Shown: positions 48,850 to 57,633 of the stretch, in pieces
How the letters are laid out: each line of letters begins with the position of its first letter
Numbering within the stretch: position 1 is the first letter of the stretch
Virus record (IMG/VR): IMGVR_UViG_3300028805_000056
Span: 64,001-128,000 of that record
DNA length: 64,000 nucleotides
Source of the DNA: a virus
Taxonomy: Duplodnaviria; Caudoviricetes
Reading direction: 5' to 3' (one strand)
Notes under the pieces: generated by a model
What the model was told of the DNA's origin: nothing
Databases searched by the model: none
What the model saw: the letters and a program-made list of their open reading frames with translations, nothing else
Made by a program: the position numbers and the translations under genes

Positions 48850-49948
48850 TTATCTTATAGTCGGATCAGGCATTTTCGGGTCGACATTTGCATATCTTGC
48901 GAAGCAGAAGGGTAAGAAGTGTCTTGTATTGGAGAAGAGGGACGTTGTTGGTGGAAACTGTTATACAAAGAATGTTGACGGAATAAACGTACACGTATAT
49001 GGTCCACACATATTCCACACGAATAACAAGGAAGTATGGAATTTTGTCAATTCGCTTGTGGAGTTCAATAATTTCAAATTGAATGTATTGGCCAACTACA
49101 ACAATCAACTTTATCATCTTCCGTTCAATATGAACACATTTTACGAACTTCGTAACATTATCAATCCGGAAGATGCAAAGAGATATATTGAGGTTGCAAC
49201 AAGGAACGGAGTTAAGAATCCAAAGAACCTTGAGGAACAGGCAATTGGTCTTGTTGGTAATGAGATATACACCACATTGATCAAGGGTTATACAGAGAAG
49301 CAATGGGGTCGGGATTGCAAGGAGTTACCACCAAGCATAATAAAGAGGCTACCGATAAGATACACATTTGACAACAACTATTTCAAGGAGGGCAAATATC
49401 AGGGGATACCGGTTAACGGATATACTGAGTTGTTTGATAAGTTATTGGAGGGTATTGAGGTACAATGCGGAGTGGATTACCTGAAGAACAAGAAGTATTT
49501 TGATTCGCTTGCAAATAAAGTGGTCTATACGGGTAAGATAGACGAGTATTTCAATTATTGCTATGGTGAGTTGGAATACAGAACAGTTAGGTGGGATACT
49601 GAGCATATTGACATTCCGAATTATCAGGGAACGGCGGTTATCAACTACACGAACAAGGATGTTCCGTTCACAAGGATAATCGAGCACAAGCATTTCGACA
49701 CGTTTGGGGATGATGTGTATAAGATACCGAAGACAATCATAAGCAGGGAATATTCTGTTGAGTGGAAACACGGTATGGATGGCTACTATCCGATTAAGGA
49801 TGAGAGGAACACTGAATTATATAATAGGTATAGAGATTTGGCTGATAAGGAAAAGAACGTGATATTTGGTGGAAGGCTTGCGGAATACGAATATTATGAT
49901 ATGAACAACATAATCGAGAAATTATTGAACAGTAAAGATTCAATTTAG
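48827..49948 (+). CDS. glf: UDP-galactopyranose mutase
   Basis: GSGIFG, GGNCY, HVYGPHIFHT, YTEKQWG, YQGIP, TRIIEHKHF, GRLAEYEYYDM. Confidence 0.95.
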   Translation: MFGRKKYDYLIVGSGIFGSTFAYLAKQKGKKCLVLEKRDVVGGNCYTKNVDGINVHVYGPHIFHTNNKEVWNFVNSLVEFNNFKLNVLANYNNQLYHLPFNMNTFYELRNIINPEDAKRYIEVATRNGVKNPKNLEEQAIGLVGNEIYTTLIKGYTEKQWGRDCKELPPSIIKRLPIRYTFDNNYFKEGKYQGIPVNGYTELFDKLLEGIEVQCGVDYLKNKKYFDSLANKVVYTGKIDEYFNYCYGELEYRTVRWDTEHIDIPNYQGTAVINYTNKDVPFTRIIEHKHFDTFGDDVYKIPKTIISREYSVEWKHGMDGYYPIKDERNTELYNRYRDLADKEKNVIFGGRLAEYEYYDMNNIIEKLLNSKDSI

Positions 49949-49975
49949 TATATTTGCACAAAGAAGAAATTTGTT

Positions 49976-50221
49976 ATGAAGTTATTTGCGATTGGAAATT
50001 ATGACAAGTATAATGTTTATGCGTTAGTCATTGCTGAAACGGAAGAGCAAGCCCTTGAAAAAATCAAGAATCTTAAAGAAGGTGATAGTGTTGGGGGCTT
50101 TGGTGATGCTGATTATCCTCTTGATGAATTTGACCTTGAGGATGGGGCATCCATAAGTGACTTGAAAGAAACTAAAAGGGTAACTGAAATTACGAGCGGT
50201 ATATATTTTATGGAAAATTAA
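49976..50221 (+). CDS. Hypothetical protein
   Basis: 81 aa; TATATTTG at 49949. Confidence 0.6.
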   Translation: MKLFAIGNYDKYNVYALVIAETEEQALEKIKNLKEGDSVGGFGDADYPLDEFDLEDGASISDLKETKRVTEITSGIYFMEN

Positions 50222-50295
50222 TAACATAACTAATGAGCAACCGAAATAGGCTGTTCATTTTTTTTTGTACTTTTTCAAAAAAAGTTGGTGAAAAA

Positions 50296-50327
50296 TTTGG
50301 CCAATTGGGAAAATTGTCTTACCTTTG
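50296..50327 (+). promoter_or_regulatory. Class I promoter
   Basis: TTTG-N20-TACCTTTG, preceded by a hairpin at ~50232-50265. Confidence 0.8.
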
Positions 50328-50431
50328 CAGCCGAAATGAGAATGAAGGCTGCGTTTGTCAGCCGAAAACAAAAAACGTTGCGAAAAAAGTCGTTACGAAA
50401 AAAGTCGCATAACATTAATTTAATAGACACA

Positions 50432-51097
50432 ATGAAGGAAAAGATTAGTAATTTGATCAAGCCACTTAAGAAGAGTTTGGTTGCAGTGTTCTGTTTTGCA
50501 CTTGGTGCATTGGTTTACAAGTACATTAGTGAATACGTTGAGGAACAGCGTCTCCTGAATTATCCGTTTGTAGTAATGAAGCATGAGGCTGAACTATTCT
50601 ACAATGAGTTTAAGTGTGAACTTGTCAAGGTAACCAAGGCGTACATTGACAGTGTTGCACCGACGAGCAGTCTTAACGGTTATGCAGTAGTTGATCTTTG
50701 TGAACAGTATGACCTTGATATTAGATTTGTTCTTGCACAAGGTCAGGTTGAGTCACACTTCGGGACCAAGGGTATGGCAGCAAAGACAAACAGTGTGTTC
50801 AATGTCGGTGCATTTGATGGTGACACGTATGAACAGATTCAGGGAAGATACAAGTACAAGCACCCGGACTATTCAATTGAACCCTATATCCGACTATTAT
50901 ATAAGGATTATATTGGGGGTAAGAGAACCGAATTGGACCTTTTGGCTAAATATGTGAACAAGAATGGTAAACGATACGCAAGCGGTCCTGATTATGAGAA
51001 CAAATTGTTAGCCCTTTTTAAGAAGATTGATGAGACCACAAATATCAATTATTTGCAGGGAGAAATGCGCAGATATAAGATAATTTGCGGAAAATAA
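50432..51097 (+). CDS. Membrane-anchored glucosaminidase (GH73-like peptidoglycan hydrolase)
   Basis: N-terminal TM helix; LAQGQVESHFG, NSVFNVG, RYAS.PDYE. Confidence 0.75.
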   Translation: MKEKISNLIKPLKKSLVAVFCFALGALVYKYISEYVEEQRLLNYPFVVMKHEAELFYNEFKCELVKVTKAYIDSVAPTSSLNGYAVVDLCEQYDLDIRFVLAQGQVESHFGTKGMAAKTNSVFNVGAFDGDTYEQIQGRYKYKHPDYSIEPYIRLLYKDYIGGKRTELDLLAKYVNKNGKRYASGPDYENKLLALFKKIDETTNINYLQGEMRRYKIICGK

Positions 51098-51116
51098 TAA
51101 AAAAACCCTCAAAAAA

Positions 51117-51148
51117 TTTGGCCGATTCAAAATTTTTTCGTACCTTTG
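51117..51148 (+). promoter_or_regulatory. Class I promoter
   Basis: TTTG-N20-TACCTTTG. Confidence 0.8.
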
Positions 51149-51175
51149 CAAAAGAAAACTAAAACAGAGAAAGAT

Positions 51176-52516
51176 ATGAGTACATTGAACGAGATTTTCA
51201 ACGTGAAGTTGACTGAGAACGGTGACAAGAGTTTTAACTCTACTATGAACCCACTTTTGGACTTGCTTTTCATGTCCGAATACTACCAAAATCATTTGGA
51301 TGAGGTCCGTATCGGAAATTCCGAAAAGGAACAGTTGTTCGCAATGTTTATGCGTGACCCAAGGTATGGTGTCGGGCGCAGGGACTATGGCCGCGAACTG
51401 ATGAAGCAATCCGGTGTTCCAATGGAGGGTGTCATCCTTGCGGGACGTTTTGACGACCTCTTTTATAAGTGGGAGGAAATGCCCGAGGATGAGTTTAATA
51501 CCCTCGCAAAGTTCCTCTACCGTGAGATTTATAACGGTAATGAACTGGTCAAGAAGTGGATGCCTAGATACTCTTCCAAGAATCTGCTTCTTGCTAGGAA
51601 GTTTGCCAAGGCTTTTGGTATGAACAAGCAGCAATACGGTCACTTTGTCAAGTGTGACACGGTTGAGAACAAGTTGTCGAGAAAGGATACCGACAGCATT
51701 GTGTTCGAGCACGTACCGTCCCTGGCAATGCTGAAGTACTTCCAACGTTTCATGCGGAAGAATGACACGCATGACCGTTTCAACGAGTATCTTGAGAGTG
51801 TGAAGTCCGGGAATAAGGAAATCAAGGTGACAACGACGAATGTTTATGACATTTACAGAAATCGTCAGAATATTGATCCTGACGTATTCTTTGAGGCTCT
51901 CCCAAAGACAAAGGGAAACTGGCTGCCAATCATTGATACATCGGGTTCAATGGTATGTGGTGATGCTATGGGCAAGGCTCTCGCTATCGGTCACTATCTT
52001 GCCAAGACATCCACCTATGCCCCTGACACGGCAATAAGTTTCTCGTCTCACCCACAGTTAATAAAACTTGGGCAAGATAAAACGCGGGTTTATTACGATT
52101 ATGAATGTCCGGTTCGTGATGCGGGTGACAGCAAATACCTTAAGGAGATAAAGTCCTTATATACCGGTGATTGTTCGAATACGGATTTCGGTGCTGTTAT
52201 GGACCTGCTTAAGGACCTTACAGATGTTCCCGAGTATCTTGTTGTCCTTTCCGATATGGAGTTTGATCGCGGTAGTAATCAGTCCAAGGAAGAACTTGAA
52301 GCGTTGTGGAAGGAGAGGGGTTATAGGACCAAGATAGTTTGGTGGAACCTGAATGACCGTAATAAGACCGTTCCTGAGATTGACAAGAACGGAAACATCT
52401 ATATGAGCGGTTATTCTCCGCAGCTTCTCCAATATCTTGAGAGTGGCTTCGATGGGAATGCATTCCTCGAAAACTTGCTCACTGAGTACGCAAAGAAGAT
52501 AACCGCGGACCAATAA
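51176..52516 (+). CDS. DUF2828/TROVE-like protein with C-terminal vWA domain
   Basis: LTENG, RDPRYGVGRR, GRFDDL, KWMPR, VPSLAM; MIDAS motif DTSGSM, NTDF, LSDMEFD, VWWNL, SGYS. Confidence 0.8.
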   Translation: MSTLNEIFNVKLTENGDKSFNSTMNPLLDLLFMSEYYQNHLDEVRIGNSEKEQLFAMFMRDPRYGVGRRDYGRELMKQSGVPMEGVILAGRFDDLFYKWEEMPEDEFNTLAKFLYREIYNGNELVKKWMPRYSSKNLLLARKFAKAFGMNKQQYGHFVKCDTVENKLSRKDTDSIVFEHVPSLAMLKYFQRFMRKNDTHDRFNEYLESVKSGNKEIKVTTTNVYDIYRNRQNIDPDVFFEALPKTKGNWLPIIDTSGSMVCGDAMGKALAIGHYLAKTSTYAPDTAISFSSHPQLIKLGQDKTRVYYDYECPVRDAGDSKYLKEIKSLYTGDCSNTDFGAVMDLLKDLTDVPEYLVVLSDMEFDRGSNQSKEELEALWKERGYRTKIVWWNLNDRNKTVPEIDKNGNIYMSGYSPQLLQYLESGFDGNAFLENLLTEYAKKITADQ

Positions 52517-52548
52517 GTCCGTGGTTAACTTATTTTAACATCAAAAAT

Positions 52549-52579
52549 TTTGTAGTTTCCAAAAATTGTTGTACCTTTG
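52549..52579 (+). promoter_or_regulatory. Class I promoter heading the cassette array
   Basis: TTTG-N19-TACCTTTG; near-identical to 22106-22156; preceded by the TAACCGCGGAC/GTCCGTGGTTA hairpin. Confidence 0.8.
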
Positions 52580-52602
52580 CAGCAGAAACGGAGAATAAAG
52601 TT

Positions 52603-52836
52603 ATGAAAGCACCTGACAAGATTTATCGTACAACAACTTATCTTGACAATGATAAAGGTAAAACGTTGTGGAAAGAGGCTCCGGCTAAAGGGGCAGAAAA
52701 TATTGAATATACACGAACTGATACCTTTATTGATAAGGCTGTTAATTTTTTTATTCCATACATTCGAGATAATAGTGGTGGATATGAGAGAGCAGCCGTT
52801 ATTGAAGATTTCAAAAACTATATGAAAAGTGAATAA
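52603..52836 (+). CDS. Paralogue family B (APDKIY..EYTRTD.FI..KNYMK.E), copy 1
   Basis: Shared blocks with 55859, 56408 and 57230. Confidence 0.75.
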   Translation: MKAPDKIYRTTTYLDNDKGKTLWKEAPAKGAENIEYTRTDTFIDKAVNFFIPYIRDNSGGYERAAVIEDFKNYMKSE

Positions 52837-52838
52837 CT

Positions 52839-53312
52839 ATGGAAAAGGAAATTAACATTATAGCCCCAGAAGGCTACGAAATTGACAAAGAAAATAGTAC
52901 ACTTGAGTGTATTAAGTTCAAAGCAATCCAAAAGAAGAAAAGGTGGAGAGATAAAGATGCCGTAATAGGAGGATATTATATAAATGACTCCTCTGAAATT
53001 ATATTTGCTAAATGTCATAATACGCTTGCTAATTGTAATGTTTTCGCAACTAAAAAACAAGCCAAATCAGCACTTGCTATGGCAAGAATTAGTCAGATTA
53101 TGGCTAATGATGAAAGATTTGGTGGTGTTGTAACTGATGAAGAGTGGGCTGACGATGATTTATTCAAGTTTGCTATCACAAGAAAAAATAATCACATTGA
53201 GACAGCAATTTATGGTAGTTATTATGATTTCCTCGCCTTCCACACAAAAGAACAAAGAGATTTATTTCTTAAAGAGAATGAGGATTTAGTAAAAGATTAT
53301 TTAATGCTTTGA
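52839..53312 (+). CDS. Hypothetical phage protein
   Basis: 157 aa; APEGYEIDKENST; FHTKEQRDLFL. Confidence 0.7.
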   Translation: MEKEINIIAPEGYEIDKENSTLECIKFKAIQKKKRWRDKDAVIGGYYINDSSEIIFAKCHNTLANCNVFATKKQAKSALAMARISQIMANDERFGGVVTDEEWADDDLFKFAITRKNNHIETAIYGSYYDFLAFHTKEQRDLFLKENEDLVKDYLML

Positions 53313-53318
53313 TTTAAT

Positions 53319-54383
53319 ATGGACTACGAAAAGAGATATGAAAAACTTGTTGATGCAGTAAAAGTGCTGCGAGATAACAATCCATCTGACGAAGGTATTC
53401 AGAATTGGGTTAATGACAATGTGCCCGAACTCAAAGAGAGTGAGGGCGAAAAAATAAGGAAATGGCTTATCGCTCAACTTGAACTTAAATCAGATATTAA
53501 TAACCAACGTGATTTAGAATTGATGATTCTAAAAGCTATTGCTTGGCTTGAAAAACAGGGTGAAGTAGATAACCCACACAACTATCTATATGGTGAGCGG
53601 AAGTCGGTTGATAAAGTTAAGCCAAAGTTCAAGGTTGGTGATTGGGTAGTAGATGATTACGGTTTAATATGGAAAATAGGAGGAATCCTAAAACAATTTT
53701 ATCTCTTAGAAGGTGTAGGAGGGGGTGAATCACGTCCTACAATAGAACGGGTTGATAAGACCTATCATCTTTGGTCATTGAAGGATGCAAAGGATGGTGA
53801 TGTGCTTGTTGCTTCTGATGATTCTGTCTTTATTTATGCAGGTTCAACAGATATACATGCACAATTTTATATAGCATTAACTAAATATGGTGATTTCAAT
53901 ACTAAAGGCGGCAATTGGGAAGACAAAAATTGTGTCAAACCTGCAACCAAAGAGCAACGTGACCTCTTATTCCAAAAGATGAAGGAAGCGGGTTATGAAT
54001 GGGATGCTAAAAATAAAGAATTGAATAAGATTGAAGATGAGCCTGTTACTATAATTCCAAAATTTAAAGTTGGAGATATTATCAGGCATAAGAAACAAGG
54101 TTTTACATGTAAAATAACTGCCGTTGATACGGAATATAGATTATCTGAATGTAATGGAACTCATTTGCCTTTTGACTGTCAAGATTATTATGAACTTGTA
54201 GATGAAAATCCTGCTTGGAGTGAAGAAGATGAAGAAAATCTTAATCAATTACATAAACTTATTGTAAAAAAAGCGTATGAGGAATATGAAATTGATACTG
54301 AAGATGAAACTCTTTGGGGCAAACATGCTATTTTAGATAATTGGCTCAAATCTTTGAAAGAAAGAATAAAAGGAGGACATTAA
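53319..54383 (+). CDS. Paralogue family D mosaic protein, copy 1
   Basis: Blocks PELK.SE, IAWLEKQ, PKFKVGDW, HLWSLKDAKDGDVL and PATKEQRDLLFQKM.EAGYEWDA shared with 54387. Confidence 0.8.
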   Translation: MDYEKRYEKLVDAVKVLRDNNPSDEGIQNWVNDNVPELKESEGEKIRKWLIAQLELKSDINNQRDLELMILKAIAWLEKQGEVDNPHNYLYGERKSVDKVKPKFKVGDWVVDDYGLIWKIGGILKQFYLLEGVGGGESRPTIERVDKTYHLWSLKDAKDGDVLVASDDSVFIYAGSTDIHAQFYIALTKYGDFNTKGGNWEDKNCVKPATKEQRDLLFQKMKEAGYEWDAKNKELNKIEDEPVTIIPKFKVGDIIRHKKQGFTCKITAVDTEYRLSECNGTHLPFDCQDYYELVDENPAWSEEDEENLNQLHKLIVKKAYEEYEIDTEDETLWGKHAILDNWLKSLKERIKGGH

Positions 54384-54386
54384 ATT

Positions 54387-55553
54387 ATGACTACAGAAGA
54401 AAAGGCAAAACGTTTTGATGAAGTTGTTGAAGAATTTAGAGGACTTTTAGAAGGCGTTCATGAAGATAAATGTGATATTATGGAAGAAGATATATTAAAA
54501 ATTGTTCCTGAATTAAAAAGATCAGAAGATGAGAGGATAAGGAAGGAACTTTTGGAGCATTGTAAGAATCAAGCTAAACCATATATTCAGACAGGAAATA
54601 AATGTCCTCAAATTCAATCTTGGATTGCCTGGCTTGAAAAGCAAGATGAACAAAAACCTGCTGATAAATTTGAACCAAAGTTTAAGGTTGGTGACTGGAT
54701 TGTTTGGAAAGACAAGAACTATAAAGTCAATTATAATGCTTGTGGATATGAATTGTTTGACCAAAATGGTTTAAGTACATCTTGGGCTTATAAAACTATT
54801 GAAGATAATGCCCATCTTTGGTCATTAAAAGATGCAAAGGATGGTGACGTGCTTGCTTGCAATGAAGAAATTTTACTATTCAAATCATATTCAGTACAAA
54901 ACCGTATCTCTTTATACTGTTGGTATAACGGGCAAACAAATAATTTCCATGATAAAGAAGTGACTGATACTTTAGTAACTACAAGAAATAAGATATGCCC
55001 TGCCACTAAAGAACAACGTGACCTTTTATTCCAAAAGATGCACGAAGCGGGTTATGAATGGGATGCTGAAAAGAAAGAACCGAAGAAGATTCATGTTATT
55101 GATGAAGGCAAGGCTGAAATGGACTATTGTTCTAAAATGATGAATGGTGAGAAGGTAAGTCCAACTTGGACTGAAGAGGATGAAAAGATGGTGAAGGATA
55201 TAATAGCAGCTATCGATACATTATATTATCATGGAATGGTGAACTGGCTCAAATCCATCAAAGACAGAGTACAGCCACAGCCAAAGCAAGAGTGGAGTGA
55301 TGAAAATAAAAACATAATTGACGGTATAATTGAATATCTTGAATGTTTTAATGATTACGATTGTGGTGACGAGCCATATGAAGAATATTATGAAAGATTC
55401 GAAAAATACATTAAATTTATGGAGTCGCTTAAACCACAACCTCAGTGGAAACCAAGTGAAGAGCAGATGAACGAATTAACCTGTGTTATTAGCGGGTGTT
55501 CTTATGAAACCCCAATATTGATAGAGTTATTAGAACAACTAAAAAAACTTTAA
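54387..55553 (+). CDS. Paralogue family D mosaic protein, copy 2
   Basis: Same anchors as 53319 with unrelated intervening segments. Confidence 0.8.
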   Translation: MTTEEKAKRFDEVVEEFRGLLEGVHEDKCDIMEEDILKIVPELKRSEDERIRKELLEHCKNQAKPYIQTGNKCPQIQSWIAWLEKQDEQKPADKFEPKFKVGDWIVWKDKNYKVNYNACGYELFDQNGLSTSWAYKTIEDNAHLWSLKDAKDGDVLACNEEILLFKSYSVQNRISLYCWYNGQTNNFHDKEVTDTLVTTRNKICPATKEQRDLLFQKMHEAGYEWDAEKKEPKKIHVIDEGKAEMDYCSKMMNGEKVSPTWTEEDEKMVKDIIAAIDTLYYHGMVNWLKSIKDRVQPQPKQEWSDENKNIIDGIIEYLECFNDYDCGDEPYEEYYERFEKYIKFMESLKPQPQWKPSEEQMNELTCVISGCSYETPILIELLEQLKKL

Positions 55554-55554
55554 T

Positions 55555-55857
55555 ATGATATTTTATCACGGAACATCACAAGAAAATTGGGAGGCTATTC
55601 AGCAAGAAGGTTTCCTTTATGGCAGAAGATATATTACTGACAATAATGGAAAGATAGTCAAGGAGGTTAATAGATGTACATATCTTGCAACTGACTTGGA
55701 GGAAGCCGAACAATATGGAGACGTAGTGCTTCAAGTTGAGTATGACCCAAAGAATTCAACACATAACAACTATATAGATGGTTGTTGGCAGTTAAGAGTA
55801 TATGAACCTATACCTCTGTCTCAAATAAAATTACTTAACACAAGAAAGGAAGATTAA
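55555..55857 (+). CDS. Small ADP-ribosyltransferase-fold-like protein
   Basis: FYHGTS..YLATD..A..YG pattern. Confidence 0.45.
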   Translation: MIFYHGTSQENWEAIQQEGFLYGRRYITDNNGKIVKEVNRCTYLATDLEEAEQYGDVVLQVEYDPKNSTHNNYIDGCWQLRVYEPIPLSQIKLLNTRKED

Positions 55858-55858
55858 T

Positions 55859-56134
55859 ATGGAAGCACCAGAGAAGATTTATATGCCAAATGAATTGCTA
55901 TTAGAAGAATGGCAAAGACACATTGAAGGAGAGGATATTGAGTATGTTCGCACTGATTCATTTTTTGAGAAGGCAAAAGATTGGTTCATAACGCATGTCA
56001 ATATTCCACAAGATGTTGCAACTAATGAGGATGGAGAGCCATTAGCAGACAGTTATATCAAGTATGCGAAAGCAAGATTCAATGCAGCAAATGAAATGTT
56101 TGAAAACTTCAAAAACTATATGAAAGGAGAATAA
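55859..56134 (+). CDS. Paralogue family B, copy 2
   Basis: MEAPEKIY..EYVRTD..FKNYMKGE. Confidence 0.75.
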   Translation: MEAPEKIYMPNELLLEEWQRHIEGEDIEYVRTDSFFEKAKDWFITHVNIPQDVATNEDGEPLADSYIKYAKARFNAANEMFENFKNYMKGE

Positions 56135-56135
56135 T

Positions 56136-56405
56136 ATGAAAGACAGCGAAATAATTTATAGTATTTATGAATTCATGTCAGACAACGTTTTTGGCTTGTC
56201 ATTAATATCAATCTGTATTTTTTCTATTTATTTAATGTTTTTTTGGGAAAATAAAGTGAGATGGTGGCTTAGATTACCAATTATAAACTTATTGCTTTTT
56301 GTCCTTTTAATTATTGGAGGGACTATAGAAGAAATCTATCTTACCTTTCACCCGAAAGAACGAACAAAGTACATCAAAACAAGCATTTTTGATAGATTTT
56401 TTTAA
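56136..56405 (+). CDS. Small membrane protein
   Basis: Two hydrophobic helices. Confidence 0.6.
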   Translation: MKDSEIIYSIYEFMSDNVFGLSLISICIFSIYLMFFWENKVRWWLRLPIINLLLFVLLIIGGTIEEIYLTFHPKERTKYIKTSIFDRFF

Positions 56406-56407
56406 AT

Positions 56408-56626
56408 ATGGAAGCACCTGACAAGATTTACTTGGAAAAAGTATATCCAGATAACGGGATTTTGCCTAATGGACTTAATTATAATCAAAGTCCAAATGAT
56501 ATTGAATACACCCGAACTGATGCCTTTATTGAGAAGACTTGCAAGTTTCTTTTTGAAAATTATCACGGAGAGAAACTATCATTAAGAATGATTGAGGACT
56601 TCAAAAATTATATGAAAGGAGAATAA
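56408..56626 (+). CDS. Paralogue family B, copy 3
   Basis: MEAPDKIY..EYTRTDAFIEK..FKNYMKGE. Confidence 0.75.
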   Translation: MEAPDKIYLEKVYPDNGILPNGLNYNQSPNDIEYTRTDAFIEKTCKFLFENYHGEKLSLRMIEDFKNYMKGE

Positions 56627-56629
56627 ACT

Positions 56630-56785
56630 ATGACAAAAGAAGAATTAGTACAGTTTTTGAAAGATAACTTAAAAATAAAAATTGTTGCAGACAAATATTG
56701 TGACAATGGCTATGACATAATAGTAAAGGTATTATTGGGTGATGATTGTATTTCAGAATGTTCCGATTATATTATAGTAAGATAA
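56630..56785 (+). CDS. Small hypothetical protein (MTKEEL start)
   Basis: 51 aa, exactly fills the gap; below the ORF-track cutoff. Confidence 0.55.
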   Translation: MTKEELVQFLKDNLKIKIVADKYCDNGYDIIVKVLLGDDCISECSDYIIVR

Positions 56786-56788
56786 ATT

Positions 56789-57226
56789 ATGACACAAGAA
56801 GAAAAAGAGCTGTTAGTGAAGTATCTCTGTATGGCATTGCCTTATAATGTGAAATGCAATGTTCCAACTTATAATTTTGCAATGACACTTACAGGCAAAA
56901 GATTAAACTATTTCTGCTTTCATAAAAATGAGTGGGGTATTGATTATAGCCATGAGATTGAAGCAGTGTTAGACCCGTTGAATGACCAAAATAATGATTA
57001 TGTTGTCAAGCCCTATCTCCGCCAGATGTCAAGTATGACTGAGGAAGAAATAAATGAATATAATGAGTATCTTTTTTATGGTTCTTCAATAGGGTTGTCG
57101 TCAAATACAGTAACCGCCTATGAACTTATTAATTGGCTCCTCAAAAATCATTTTGACTTCTTGGGTTTGATCTCTAAAGGATTGGCTATTGAAGTAACAG
57201 AAGAGAATAATCCTTATAAAGAATAA
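56789..57226 (+). CDS. Paralogue family A, copy 2
   Basis: MTQEEKELL..YLCMALPY..KPYLRQMSSMT..NNPYKE. Confidence 0.8.
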   Translation: MTQEEKELLVKYLCMALPYNVKCNVPTYNFAMTLTGKRLNYFCFHKNEWGIDYSHEIEAVLDPLNDQNNDYVVKPYLRQMSSMTEEEINEYNEYLFYGSSIGLSSNTVTAYELINWLLKNHFDFLGLISKGLAIEVTEENNPYKE

Positions 57227-57229
57227 ATT

Positions 57230-57490
57230 ATGAAAGCAAACGAAGTACCGGAGAAAATTTATGTAACAGAAGGTATGTTGTTTATGACAAATCCTGAAAT
57301 AACTTTACGGGGAAATGGTAATAAAATTGAGTACACTCGAACTGATGCCTTTATTGAGAAGGCTTGCAATTTTATTAGAATCAATGCATATAAATATCGC
57401 AAATTAAAGTTTGTTAAAAATAAACCAACTTTTGACTTTCGTACAGATTGGCTTATTGAGGATTTAAGAAATTATATGAAAGGAGAATAA
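57230..57490 (+). CDS. Paralogue family B, copy 4
   Basis: PEKIY..EYTRTDAFIEKA..NYMKGE. Confidence 0.75.
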   Translation: MKANEVPEKIYVTEGMLFMTNPEITLRGNGNKIEYTRTDAFIEKACNFIRINAYKYRKLKFVKNKPTFDFRTDWLIEDLRNYMKGE

Positions 57491-57493
57491 ACT

Positions 57494-57628
57494 ATGAAAC
57501 TGATTATACACGATTTGGACAACAATGTCGTAGATGTGATAATTTGTAAAACACCAATTTCCAAAGGTATTAAGGAAGCTAAAAAGAAATATCCGCCAGG
57601 AAAATATACAGCAACTTTAACATTTTAA
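57494..57628 (+). CDS. Small hypothetical protein
   Basis: 44 aa; begins ATGAAACTGATT like family C. Confidence 0.5.
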   Translation: MKLIIHDLDNNVVDVIICKTPISKGIKEAKKKYPPGKYTATLTF

Positions 57629-57633
57629 AATAT

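Noticed and set aside
51008-51772. 254 aa antisense ORF (likewise 34156..34866, 14232..14714, 2025..2483)
   Set aside because: They overlap well-supported genes on the opposite strand and have no recognisable motifs.
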